Assembly: GCA_913773825.1 (NCBI GenBank)
Contig: CAJYHH010000218.1
Span: 1-32,146 of the forward strand
Origin: Candidatus Sericytochromatia bacterium
GTDB lineage: Bacteria; Cyanobacteriota; Sericytochromatia; UBA7694
DNA: 32,146 bases
Reading direction: 5' to 3'
Both the position numbers and the translations under genes were made by a program. The stretch's first letter is position 1; each line of letters starts with the position of its first letter. The notes beneath the pieces were generated by a model. It saw nothing but the letters and a program-made list of their open reading frames with translations, was not told the origin of the DNA and made no database searches. Shown one piece after another: positions 24,438 through 32,146 of the stretch.

Positions 24438-25535
24438 TTAGCGGCTGGTCCGGAGCCCTTGCTGGCGTTGTTCACGCTCTAAAGCCAGGCTAATCAGCTT
24501 ATCTAACAGTTCTGTATAGCCAATTCCACTGGCTTCCCAGAGTTTGGGATACATCGAGATGCGAGTAAAGCCAGGCAGGGTATTAATTTCATTCACATAT
24601 ACATCCCCTTCGGGGGTCAAGAAGCAGTCCACGCGGGCTAAACCTTCAGCGTTCAGCACACGAAAAGACTCAATTGCCAGTTGCTGCACGCGCTGAATCG
24701 TTTCATCTGGCAGCTGGGCTGGAATCTCAAGTATCGCGCCACTTTCGTCAATATATTTGGCTTCGTAGCTATAAAACTCAGCCTGGACTTTGATTTCGCC
24801 TGGTACTGAAGCAATGGGCTGTTCATTGCCCAGCACTGAACATTCAATTTCGCGTACGGTTAAACCCTGCTCAACCAATACTTTTGTATCGTAACTAAAG
24901 GCGTCTGCTAATGCTGGCGCCAGATCTTCGGCTTTTTTGACTTTATGAATGCCAACTGAAGAACCCAGATTGGCAGGTTTAACAAAAATCGGAAATCCAC
25001 CCAGCGATTCAATGATCGCCGCATGATCCAGATTCTGTTCCCAGGCATAAACCGTCACCCATTTGGGGGTTGGAATACCCGCTTGCAGCAGCAGGCGCTT
25101 CATGATGTCTTTGTCCATGCCAACAGCAGAGCCTAAGACGCCACTGCCCACAAAGGGCACACCCGCCATGCGTAACAAGCCCTGAACAGCACCATCTTCG
25201 CCGTAAGTGCCGTGCAGCACGGGGAAGACGACATCCAGAGCAGGTAAGGGGCTCATATCGCTGGATTTGACTAATTGCTGGCCGCCAGAACCCGGCTTGA
25301 GCACCAAGGCGTTACTGGCTTGATTGAGTTTCAGCAGTTCAGGCTGCTGGGCGCCCAATAAAAAATGGCTGGTGTCGTTAAGATACCACTGACCATCACG
25401 ATCAATGCCAATCAGAGTGAGGTCATATTTATCGCGATCCAGAGCCTCGATAATATTACGAGCCGACTGGATTGAGACTTCATGTTCAGCGGAGCGGCCG
25501 CCAAAAATAATGCCAAGGTTGAGTTTGCGGGACAT
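24438..25535 (-). CDS. ddl: D-alanine--D-alanine ligase.
   Basis: LNLGIIFGGRSAEHEVSIQSARNI, LHGTYGEDGAVQGLL, FVKPANLGSSVGI and EINTLPGFT are canonical Ddl / ATP-grasp motifs. Confidence 0.9.
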   Translation of the reverse strand: MSRKLNLGIIFGGRSAEHEVSIQSARNIIEALDRDKYDLTLIGIDRDGQWYLNDTSHFLLGAQQPELLKLNQASNALVLKPGSGGQQLVKSSDMSPLPALDVVFPVLHGTYGEDGAVQGLLRMAGVPFVGSGVLGSAVGMDKDIMKRLLLQAGIPTPKWVTVYAWEQNLDHAAIIESLGGFPIFVKPANLGSSVGIHKVKKAEDLAPALADAFSYDTKVLVEQGLTVREIECSVLGNEQPIASVPGEIKVQAEFYSYEAKYIDESGAILEIPAQLPDETIQRVQQLAIESFRVLNAEGLARVDCFLTPEGDVYVNEINTLPGFTRISMYPKLWEASGIGYTELLDKLISLALEREQRQQGLRTSR

Positions 25536-25580
25536 ATAGCTGCCTCAGGTAGTCAGGTTTGAAGGCATTATAGCGAGTGC

Positions 25581-25655
25581 TGGGTTATCAGTGGTGGGTG
25601 GTGGGTCACGAAATAGCAAGCTTCTTTACACAGGGCTCATAACCCAAAACCCACT
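25581..25655. repeat. Intergenic element with short heptamer tandem repeats on opposing G-rich and C-rich arms.
   Basis: gtggtgg appears twice in tandem (25591-25604) and aacccaa/aacccac in tandem (25641-25654). tgggttat (25581-25588) is complementary to ataaccca (25639-25646). The element lies between the TPM-domain gene stop and the ddl start. Confidence 0.5.
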
Positions 25656-25673
25656 ATCGCGCGCAGGACGCGG

Positions 25674-27224
25674 CTAGACTTCTGCTTCGAGGCTCTGCAG
25701 TTTGCGGGTGAATAAATCATTAAAGCGATTCAGGGTGTTGAGATCACCTTGCTCAATCGCCTGGAGCAGGGTTTTGTGTAAGCGTTCAATTTCGGCCAGA
25801 CTCTGAACCTGATTAGAGCCGGATGGGCCTTTAATCCGGTCACGCAGACCCTTAATCCGATTATTAAGGTCGGTACTAAACTGCTGGTGTAAATGCGGTA
25901 GGGTGCGGGCTTCGGTTTCCATGCGGTTAAGTTGTTTACGCCAGTCGCGCAGCTTTTTTTCAACCCCTAAAGGGTCGCGCTCATTTTGTTTTTCGAGCCG
26001 CTGAAGTTCACTTAGCGCTTGCTGATACCCCTGCTGAATTTTGACAAGCTTTAATTCGGGGTGCTGTTTGCGCAGTTCGCTGATTTCCTGACTAAAGGCC
26101 TGGCGGCGGTTGTCAGCTTGTTCAAATAATTGTTGATTAGCAGAACGCACGTCTTTTAGATTGCGTAAAACGAGCAAACCCTGATTATGCAGCTGTTTGC
26201 CCTCTTCGAGTTTGCGTTCAAGTTCGCGAAAAAACTCAATTGCTTCTACGCGGGTCTCGCGCAGGCCCAATTGGCGAACTTCTTCGTCATAGGCATCAAA
26301 GATCGCTTCATATTCTTCTTGCAGATGATGAATGCTTTTGAGAAAGAGCTTAAGTGTGGTTTCTGTTTCGCCCAGATAACCATGAAAGTCCGGCATCACG
26401 GATTCCAGGCTTTCGTAAACCTGCTCAAGTTGTTCATGTACAAGCTGGCCTTGTTGTGAAAAACGATTGACTAAATTCTGCGTGGAGCTCCAGCGCTTCC
26501 AGAACTTAAAGCCAAACCAGCCAGCTGTTGCCAGAGCTGCAGCTGCTAAAGCTGCAATCACCCAGGTCAGATCATCGGGCAAAAGTGCGATAGCGCGATT
26601 TGGGCGAGAAGAATTTTTTTCGACTGTTACGTCATCTTGAGCTTCAGGGATTTCAGATGCCTGAGGCTGACGGCTGGGGGCGGTAGGCTGACTCAGTGCG
26701 TCGCTGACGTTTTCAATGGCTTGGGGAACCATATCCAGATGGCTGATCCCGGCACTTAGATCTAAGGGTGTTTCGGGGTTGCTTGATGGCTGTGCAGAAG
26801 CAGCTGAACCTGACGGACTGGGTTCTGGCAGGGATATTTCTTGAGCCTGAGCATTTTTTTTCAGCTGGGCCTGTAAGTCTGGACCTGCATGAACTCCGAT
26901 TCGACGTCGGTCTAAAGCGACAACGACTAACATGCTGTCTTCAGGTAATTGCCAGTGTTTAAACAGTCCTGAAGCATAATTGCCAAGATTCAGGTTTTTT
27001 GTTGAAGGTAGATACACAACCCGAACTGGAAAAGGGTACTGGCTGATTTGGCTCTGGATTTTGTTCAGATAATCAGCCTGTAATTCTCCTGATGCATCTG
27101 TGACGGTTTCACCTTCCACTAGGGCAGGAAAACTTTGAGCCTGAATTTCTGCGCTAAAAGAGGCAAGCACAGACAGGCCGATGGCGATATACAGGATCAG
27201 ATGTTGCCAGCGCATACTCTCCAT
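25674..27224 (-). CDS. TPM-domain (TLP18.3/Psb32/MOLO-1-like) membrane protein with a long cytoplasmic coiled-coil region.
   Basis: Signal peptide MRWQHLILYIAIGLSVLASFSAEIQAQ. A TPM-like block follows (YPFPVRVVYLPS...MLVVVALDRRRIGVHAGPDL), then one TM segment (WVIAALAAAALATAGWFGF) and ~270 aa of heptad-rich sequence. The start is ambiguous: TTG 27251, ATG 27224 or ATG 27215. Confidence 0.65.
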   Translation of the reverse strand: MESMRWQHLILYIAIGLSVLASFSAEIQAQSFPALVEGETVTDASGELQADYLNKIQSQISQYPFPVRVVYLPSTKNLNLGNYASGLFKHWQLPEDSMLVVVALDRRRIGVHAGPDLQAQLKKNAQAQEISLPEPSPSGSAASAQPSSNPETPLDLSAGISHLDMVPQAIENVSDALSQPTAPSRQPQASEIPEAQDDVTVEKNSSRPNRAIALLPDDLTWVIAALAAAALATAGWFGFKFWKRWSSTQNLVNRFSQQGQLVHEQLEQVYESLESVMPDFHGYLGETETTLKLFLKSIHHLQEEYEAIFDAYDEEVRQLGLRETRVEAIEFFRELERKLEEGKQLHNQGLLVLRNLKDVRSANQQLFEQADNRRQAFSQEISELRKQHPELKLVKIQQGYQQALSELQRLEKQNERDPLGVEKKLRDWRKQLNRMETEARTLPHLHQQFSTDLNNRIKGLRDRIKGPSGSNQVQSLAEIERLHKTLLQAIEQGDLNTLNRFNDLFTRKLQSLEAEV

Positions 27225-27538
27225 TGTAGCCCGAAGTTTTAGGAAGCCCAACTATGCCGTTTTTGCCGATATAGACTGCGCTTTCACTTTGACTTCTTTT
27301 TTACGCGTGTGATAACATAAATGGTTGCATAAACTGGTCGTATATTCTTCTTTAACTTTGCTAGTCTAAACTTAGACTTGTCTTAAATTAGTTCCAGTTA
27401 AGTTAATGATTGCCCCAAAACCAGTTACGAGATTGGGATAGCTGTTAGGGATGGCTCTTTGATTCGGGTGATAGTCAGAGCAAGCCTGGGCTCGGCCCTC
27501 GAGCCCAAAAATGTAAGGAGTTCAACTTAATATCAAGC

Positions 27539-28558
27539 ATGAGAAGCAAATCCACTAGCCTTACCGTTGATGACGAGCTGATGGACGACGATCTTTCTGA
27601 TAGTCCCGAGATAGCCGGTTCCGATGATGATGATGATGCGTTTAGCGACGACCTAAAAGACGAGCAGGCCTCAAAAGCCTCTCCCGACATTGATCTGTCT
27701 ACCAAGCACCTCCATCGGGAAGATGACATCTCTTCAATCCAGGTCTACCTGAATTCAATCGGGAAAACCCCGCTATTGACCGCAAAAGAAGAGATTGAGC
27801 TGGCCAAACGTATTGAACAGGGTGATATTCAGGCGAAAAACCACCTGATTATTGCCAACCTGCGTCTGGTTGTCAGCATCGCTAAGCGTTACTGTGATCT
27901 GGGCCTGCCTCTGCTGGACCTGATCCAGGAAGGCAATACCGGTCTGATCCGCGCTGTCGAAAAGTATGACTATAAAAAAGGTTATCGCTTCAGCACTTAC
28001 GCCACTTGGTGGATCCGCCAGGCGATTACGCGTGCAATTGCTGACAAAGGCCGTAATATCCGCCTGCCAGTACACGCTACCGAAGCGATTCAGCGTCTGA
28101 AAAAAATCCGCCGCCAGCTGACGTTTGAACTGGGTCATTACCCTTCAGACGAAGAACTGGCTGAAGCAGCGGGTCTGCCCCTGAGCAAGATCCGCCAGCT
28201 TAAGCGTGTGGTTAAGCGCACTGTGTCGCTTGCCACTCCGATTGGGCCCGATGACGATCGCAGTCTGGTTGATCTGATCGAAGATGAATATAGCGTTCAT
28301 CCGACCAAGACCGTTATCGACAAAATGCTGTCTGAAGACATTCAGGAGCTGCTTGGCACACTTTCGCCGAGAGAGCGTGAAATACTGACGATGCGTTACG
28401 GTATCAATGATGACCGTCCTTGTTCGCTGGCTGAAATCGGCGCCAAAATGGGTGTCACCCGTGAGCGTATTCGCCAGATTGAAGCTAAGGCTCTGCGCAA
28501 GCTGCACTATTACGGTCAGCGCAAACGCCTGGACGAATATCTGCACGACGAGGCCTAA
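27539..28558 (+). CDS. RNA polymerase sigma factor, RpoD/SigA family (group 1 or 2).
   Basis: Acidic N-terminus followed by regions 1.2-4: [71 protein letters not shown], and [12 protein letters not shown]...[27 protein letters not shown]. Confidence 0.9.
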   Translation: MRSKSTSLTVDDELMDDDLSDSPEIAGSDDDDDAFSDDLKDEQASKASPDIDLSTKHLHREDDISSIQVYLNSIGKTPLLTAKEEIELAKRIEQGDIQAKNHLIIANLRLVVSIAKRYCDLGLPLLDLIQEGNTGLIRAVEKYDYKKGYRFSTYATWWIRQAITRAIADKGRNIRLPVHATEAIQRLKKIRRQLTFELGHYPSDEELAEAAGLPLSKIRQLKRVVKRTVSLATPIGPDDDRSLVDLIEDEYSVHPTKTVIDKMLSEDIQELLGTLSPREREILTMRYGINDDRPCSLAEIGAKMGVTRERIRQIEAKALRKLHYYGQRKRLDEYLHDEA

Positions 28559-28560
28559 AG

Positions 28561-28640
28561 GTAGAGAGTAGGTGGTAGGGAGTAGATAGGGAAAATATAT
28601 CCCCCAAGCCCCCAGCTACCACCTACTGACTACCCCTACT
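28561..28640. repeat. Inverted heptanucleotide-repeat element filling the sigma-factor / tlyA spacer.
   Basis: Four tandem heptads gtagaga|gtaggtg|gtaggga|gtagata occupy 28561-28588. Three or four complementary-type heptads taccacc|tactgac|tacccct occupy 28617-28637. A perfect 12-bp pairing joins agtaggtggtag (28567-28578) to ctaccacctact (28616-28627). An alternative pairing joins gtagggagtag to ctacccctac, followed by tttt. Confidence 0.7.
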
Positions 28641-28643
28641 TTT

Positions 28644-29441
28644 ATGCCATCTGAACGTCTCGATATATTGCTCGTCAACGCGGGCTTTTTCCCTACCCGG
28701 GAGAAAGCCCGCGGTGCCATTATGGCCGGATTAGTGCGCCAGGGTCCTAAATTATTAGATAAACCTGGACATAAATTTGCGGCTTTACCTGATGATTTAA
28801 TCGTCAAAGGGGACAATTGCCCCTATGTAAGTCGGGGTGGGCTTAAGCTCGCCAAAGCGCTGGAAGTCTTTCAGGTTTCAGCTGATCAACGGGTCTGTTT
28901 AGATGTGGGGGCCTCAACCGGAGGCTTTACAGACTGCCTCTTGCAGTCTGGTGCTCAAAAGGTCTATGCCGTTGACGTGGGCTACGGTCAGATTGACTGG
29001 AAGCTGCGTACAGATCAGCGGGTTGTGGTAATTGAAAAAGTCAACGCCCGTTATTTAACCCCTGACGAGCTCTACCCAGACGGTGTAAAAGCCAGTCTGG
29101 CAGTGATGGATGTCTCGTTTATTTCTATTCTCAAAATTCTGCCAGCTTTATCAGAACTGTTAAGCCCCGAGGGCATGCTGGTCAGCCTGCTTAAACCTCA
29201 GTTTGAGGCTCCGCCAGAAGACAATCGCAAAGGGATTGTGTCAGATCCCAAAGCCCATCTGCGCGTCTTAAAACGCCTGCGTGATGAGAGTCCTCAATTG
29301 GGCTGGCATCTGCATGCTGCCATTCGTTCACCGATTCGCGGCAAATCTGGTAACCGAGAATTTTTGGGTGTATTCTACAGATTCCCGCCTGAGCGAGAAC
29401 CTGAATTTGAAGCTTTGATCGCAGAAACGGATGAGCCATGA
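28644..29441 (+). CDS. tlyA: TlyA-family rRNA (cytidine-2'-O)-methyltransferase.
   Basis: An S4-like N-terminus (RLDILLVNAGFFPTREKARGAIMAGLV) plus the FtsJ-type SAM motif LDVGASTGGFTDCLLQSGAQKVYAVDVGYGQ. Confidence 0.9.
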   Translation: MPSERLDILLVNAGFFPTREKARGAIMAGLVRQGPKLLDKPGHKFAALPDDLIVKGDNCPYVSRGGLKLAKALEVFQVSADQRVCLDVGASTGGFTDCLLQSGAQKVYAVDVGYGQIDWKLRTDQRVVVIEKVNARYLTPDELYPDGVKASLAVMDVSFISILKILPALSELLSPEGMLVSLLKPQFEAPPEDNRKGIVSDPKAHLRVLKRLRDESPQLGWHLHAAIRSPIRGKSGNREFLGVFYRFPPEREPEFEALIAETDEP

Positions 29442-30955
29442 ACGACGCCAAAGAAGCCAGTCAGCAAGCCGAGCTGCTGCATAAGCTCGGATTAGCGCCC
29501 AAAGCAGTAGATCCTGATCTGCTGCGCCAGGCTCTGACCCATAAATCAGTGGTGGTCGACAAAGCCACCCAACATCTGCCCCATAACGAACGCCTGGAAT
29601 ATCTGGGAGATGCTTTTCTAAAGTCCAGCATTAGCGAATGGCTGTTTTTGCATTTAACGGATGCTGATGAAGGCCGGATGAGCCAGATTCGTAGTTATGT
29701 GGTCAGTGATGCTGCTCTGTCTAAAGCCGCTGCACGCTTAGACTTAGCGCGTTATATTCTGCTGGGTGATTCTGAGCGTGCAGCAGGTGAGCTGCGTGAA
29801 TCGATTCTGGCCAATGTTTTAGAATCGCTGTGCGGGGCTTTATTTTTATCAACGGATTTTCGCACCACTGCCCGGATTATTTTGGAGTTGCTTAAGCCTG
29901 AGCTTAAGCTGGCGGTTCAGGGGCAGGCCGAAGAAGTTTTAAATTATAAAGCGATGCTGCAAGAACACACTCAGGCCCAGCTTAAAGTGCTGCCAGAGTA
30001 TGAAGTCTTGTCATCTGAAGGCCCGGATCATGATCGGCAATTTAATATTCAGGTCTCGCTTAACGAGAAGGTTTTAGGCAGAGGCAGCGGTCGTTCTAAA
30101 AAAAAGGCTGAGCAAGATGCTGCGCGCAACGCAATGATTCAGATGAAATTGCTTGACCGCAACAGCCATGACGAGCCTAACCCAATGCCCAAAAAAGCGG
30201 CAAACTTTTTTGATGCCGTCAGCGTTAAACGCTTAGATCGCAAAAAAGCGCTGATGCTGGCTCCCTCGATTTTATCAGCGGATTTTTCATGCTTAGGTGA
30301 TGCGCTGAAACAAATTGATGAAGGTGGCGCTGAATGGGTACATTTAGACGTCATGGACGGTCACTTTGTCCCCAATCTGACCCTTGGCCCGCCTGTGATT
30401 AAAGCATTACGCCCGCATAGCGCTAAAGTCTTTGATGCTCATCTGATGATGACCAATCCTCAGGACTATATCGAAGCCTTTGCTCAAGCGGGCTGTAACC
30501 GCATCACGGTGCATTATGAAACCTGCCAGCATCTGGATCGAGTTGTGAGCCAGATTTTAGATGCCGGAGCTTTACCGGGTGTCTCACTCAATCCCCATAC
30601 CCCAGTCAGCGTGCTTGAAGATATTCTGCATAAACTGCATCTGGTGCTGATTATGTCCGTCAATCCGGGCTTCGGCGGCCAGAAGTTTATTCCGCGTGCG
30701 CTGACCCGGATTCATCAAGTCGCAGACATGCGCAAAGCCCAAGGGCTTGAAAAACAACTGCTGATTGAAGTAGATGGCGGAATCAACGATCAGACTTTAG
30801 AAGCCGTGATCGAAGCCGGTGCTGATGCCGTTGTGATCGGCTCAGCGATTTTTGAACAGCCGGATCCAGTTGCAACCATGCGCCATTACCAGCACAAGCT
30901 CTATGAGCTTGAACAGCGCTATCGCAAGAATGGAAAACAGGGATTAAAAGCTTAA
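29438..30955 (+). CDS. rnc/rpe: Fusion protein: ribonuclease III (aa ~1-238) joined in frame to ribulose-phosphate 3-epimerase (aa ~273-505).
   Basis: The N-terminal part has the RNase III signature ERLEYLGDAFL, NVLESLCGAL and a dsRBD (YKAMLQEHTQ...KKKAEQDAARNAM). After a ~35-aa linker comes a full Rpe: LAPSILSADFSCLGDAL, HLDVMDGHFVPN, MSVNPGFGGQKF and EVDGGIN. There is no stop codon between them, and I see no SD before the internal ATG at 30254. Confidence 0.85.
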   Translation: MNDAKEASQQAELLHKLGLAPKAVDPDLLRQALTHKSVVVDKATQHLPHNERLEYLGDAFLKSSISEWLFLHLTDADEGRMSQIRSYVVSDAALSKAAARLDLARYILLGDSERAAGELRESILANVLESLCGALFLSTDFRTTARIILELLKPELKLAVQGQAEEVLNYKAMLQEHTQAQLKVLPEYEVLSSEGPDHDRQFNIQVSLNEKVLGRGSGRSKKKAEQDAARNAMIQMKLLDRNSHDEPNPMPKKAANFFDAVSVKRLDRKKALMLAPSILSADFSCLGDALKQIDEGGAEWVHLDVMDGHFVPNLTLGPPVIKALRPHSAKVFDAHLMMTNPQDYIEAFAQAGCNRITVHYETCQHLDRVVSQILDAGALPGVSLNPHTPVSVLEDILHKLHLVLIMSVNPGFGGQKFIPRALTRIHQVADMRKAQGLEKQLLIEVDGGINDQTLEAVIEAGADAVVIGSAIFEQPDPVATMRHYQHKLYELEQRYRKNGKQGLKA

Positions 30956-30971
30956 AGAGCAAATGAACGTA

Positions 30972-31010
30972 AGGACAAAAAGACATCTTTGCATTTAGTC
31001 TTTTTGTCCT
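30972..31010 (+). terminator. Terminator-like hairpin after rnc/rpe.
   Basis: 13-bp perfect stem: aggacaaaaagac (30972-30984) pairs with gtctttttgtcct (30998-31010). The 3' arm is itself U-rich, but no separate trailing T-run follows. Confidence 0.55.
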
Positions 31011-31082
31011 GCGTCCATTCATTCGTCTTCTTCTGCCTATGCTAGACTTGACTGCAAACCAGTCGAACGGAGACCTAAAGCC

Positions 31083-31937
31083 ATGTCGATCGAACGTGTC
31101 TTTGTTGCCGGCGGCGGCCTGATGGGCGGTGGTATCGCCTATGCTGTCAGCGTGGTAGCTGAGAAAAACGTCACTGTTTATGATATTAACGAAGAAGTCC
31201 TGGCCCGGAGCCAGGCTGCTCACAGCAAATTGCTGAATAAACTTGTTGAAAAAGGTAAGCTCAGCGCTGAACAAGTCGAAGCCGCCAATCAGCGCCTGAA
31301 CTGGACCACGGATCTTGAGCAAGCGAGCAAAGCCCAGCTGGTGATTGAAGCGATCCCAGAAAAGCTGGCCTTAAAACAAGAATTTTTTAGCCGTCTGGAT
31401 CAGATCTGTCCACCAGAGACGATTTTTGCCAGCAATACTTCTTCTTTACCGATTACCAGCCTGGCGAGCGTGACTAAACGCGGTGATCGCTTTATCGGGA
31501 TGCATTTTTTCTCACCGGTACACCTGATGAAGTTACTCGAGTTGATTCGCGGGCTTGAGACCTCTGAAGCAACTTATGAAACAGTTAAAGCTTTTGGTGT
31601 TGCCCTCGGCAAAGAGGTGATTACCGCCAACGACTTCCCTGGCTTTATTACCACCCGTTTGGGTATGGTGCTCTTAAACGAAGCGATGTTTGCGCTGATG
31701 GAAGGCGTTGGCACAGCTGAAGATATTGATTTAGGCATGAAGCTGGGCTTTAATCATCCGATGGGCCCACTGGCTCTGGCTGATGCGGTTGGCTTAGATG
31801 TCTGTTTGTCAGCAATGACAACCATGCAAGAAGGCTTTGGCGATCAGCGCTATCGCCCCTGTCCCCTGCTCAAGCGCCTGGTTCAGGCCGGACACCTCGG
31901 CAAAAAGACCGGTCGCGGTTTTTACACATATGCCTAG
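31083..31937 (+). CDS. hbd: 3-hydroxybutyryl-CoA (3-hydroxyacyl-CoA) dehydrogenase.
   Basis: VFVAGGGLMGGGIAYA Rossmann motif, plus SNTSSLPIT, GMHFFSPVHLMKLLELIRG and NDFPGFITTR, all typical of the Hbd/FadB C-terminal family. Confidence 0.9.
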   Translation: MSIERVFVAGGGLMGGGIAYAVSVVAEKNVTVYDINEEVLARSQAAHSKLLNKLVEKGKLSAEQVEAANQRLNWTTDLEQASKAQLVIEAIPEKLALKQEFFSRLDQICPPETIFASNTSSLPITSLASVTKRGDRFIGMHFFSPVHLMKLLELIRGLETSEATYETVKAFGVALGKEVITANDFPGFITTRLGMVLLNEAMFALMEGVGTAEDIDLGMKLGFNHPMGPLALADAVGLDVCLSAMTTMQEGFGDQRYRPCPLLKRLVQAGHLGKKTGRGFYTYA

Positions 31938-31950
31938 CTGCTAGCGATGA

Positions 31951-31998
31951 GCTGTGAGCTTCTGGCATGATGGCTTATAAGCTCACAGCCTTTGTTTG
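31951..31998 (+). terminator. Rho-independent terminator after hbd.
   Basis: gctgtgagctt (31951-31961) pairs with aagctcacagc (31979-31989), an 11-bp perfect stem, followed by ctttgtttg. Confidence 0.75.
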
Positions 31999-32026
31999 CA
32001 CCTGACACCCTACCATGGAGGAAAGC

Positions 32027-32146
32027 ATGAGTTCCGAGAGCAAAGAGACACACGAAAAATGGATGAAGCGTGCCCTGGAGCTGGCGCGTAACGGATTTAT
32101 CAAGATCTCACCTGATCCCTTTCGCGGCGCGTTGCTGGTTAAAGAT
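32027..32146 (+). CDS. ribD: Riboflavin biosynthesis deaminase domain (RibD-like CMP/dCMP deaminase); N-terminal 40 codons only, running off the right edge.
   Basis: Not in the ORF track because the window holds no stop. It translates as MSSESKETHEKWMKRALELARNGFIKISPDPFRGALLVKD. The M+RAL-LA..G...sPNP.VGa.iV pattern is the RibD deaminase N-terminus. GGAGGA lies upstream, and an in-frame ATG at 32015 is an alternative start. Confidence 0.6.
   Translation, partial: MSSESKETHEKWMKRALELARNGFIKISPDPFRGALLVKD

Noticed and set aside
30783-31322. 179-aa minus-strand ORF bridging the rpe end and the hbd start.
   Set aside because: It overlaps two confidently identified plus-strand genes and an intergenic terminator, and its translation has no family resemblance.
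31938-32026. Possible FMN riboswitch upstream of ribD.
   Set aside because: The spacer is only about 90 nt and is occupied by the hbd terminator. No FMN-aptamer-like conserved strings are visible.

Overview
This is a bacterial chromosomal window of roughly 50% GC, densely coding, that mixes housekeeping genes with lineage-specific hypothetical genes. Recognisable genes are: a heme O synthase fragment, sfsA, a class I CPD photolyase, cutA, pepP, ddl, an RpoD/SigA-family sigma factor, tlyA, an in-frame RNase III / ribulose-phosphate 3-epimerase fusion, hbd and the start of ribD. The hypothetical genes include four lipobox lipoproteins with low-complexity linkers, three proteins sharing a Gly/Ala-rich membrane module, and two tandem LysR regulators. 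There is also a complete ECF41-type sigma module with its signature promoter.

The outstanding feature is a gap of about 0.8 kb (6.1-6.9 kb) with no credible coding capacity. Read on the minus strand, it looks like a self-contained transcription unit for a large, highly structured non-coding RNA of about 740-755 nt:
- a TTGACA-17-TACTAT promoter;
- 5' and 3' ends that pair into a long closing helix;
- at least five GCAA-capped hairpins;
- G-U wobble pairs that are valid only on the minus strand;
- a short terminator hairpin followed by a U-run.

I could not match it by eye to rRNA, tRNA, tmRNA, canonical RNase P or group II intron hallmarks. It is my top candidate for something undescribed.

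Secondary curiosities are a voltage-sensor-like membrane protein with no pore domain, the rnc-rpe fusion, heptanucleotide-repeat hairpin elements filling two intergenic spacers, and a kinase-fold protein with an altered catalytic motif. No CRISPR array, tRNA, rRNA, transposase or integrase was seen.
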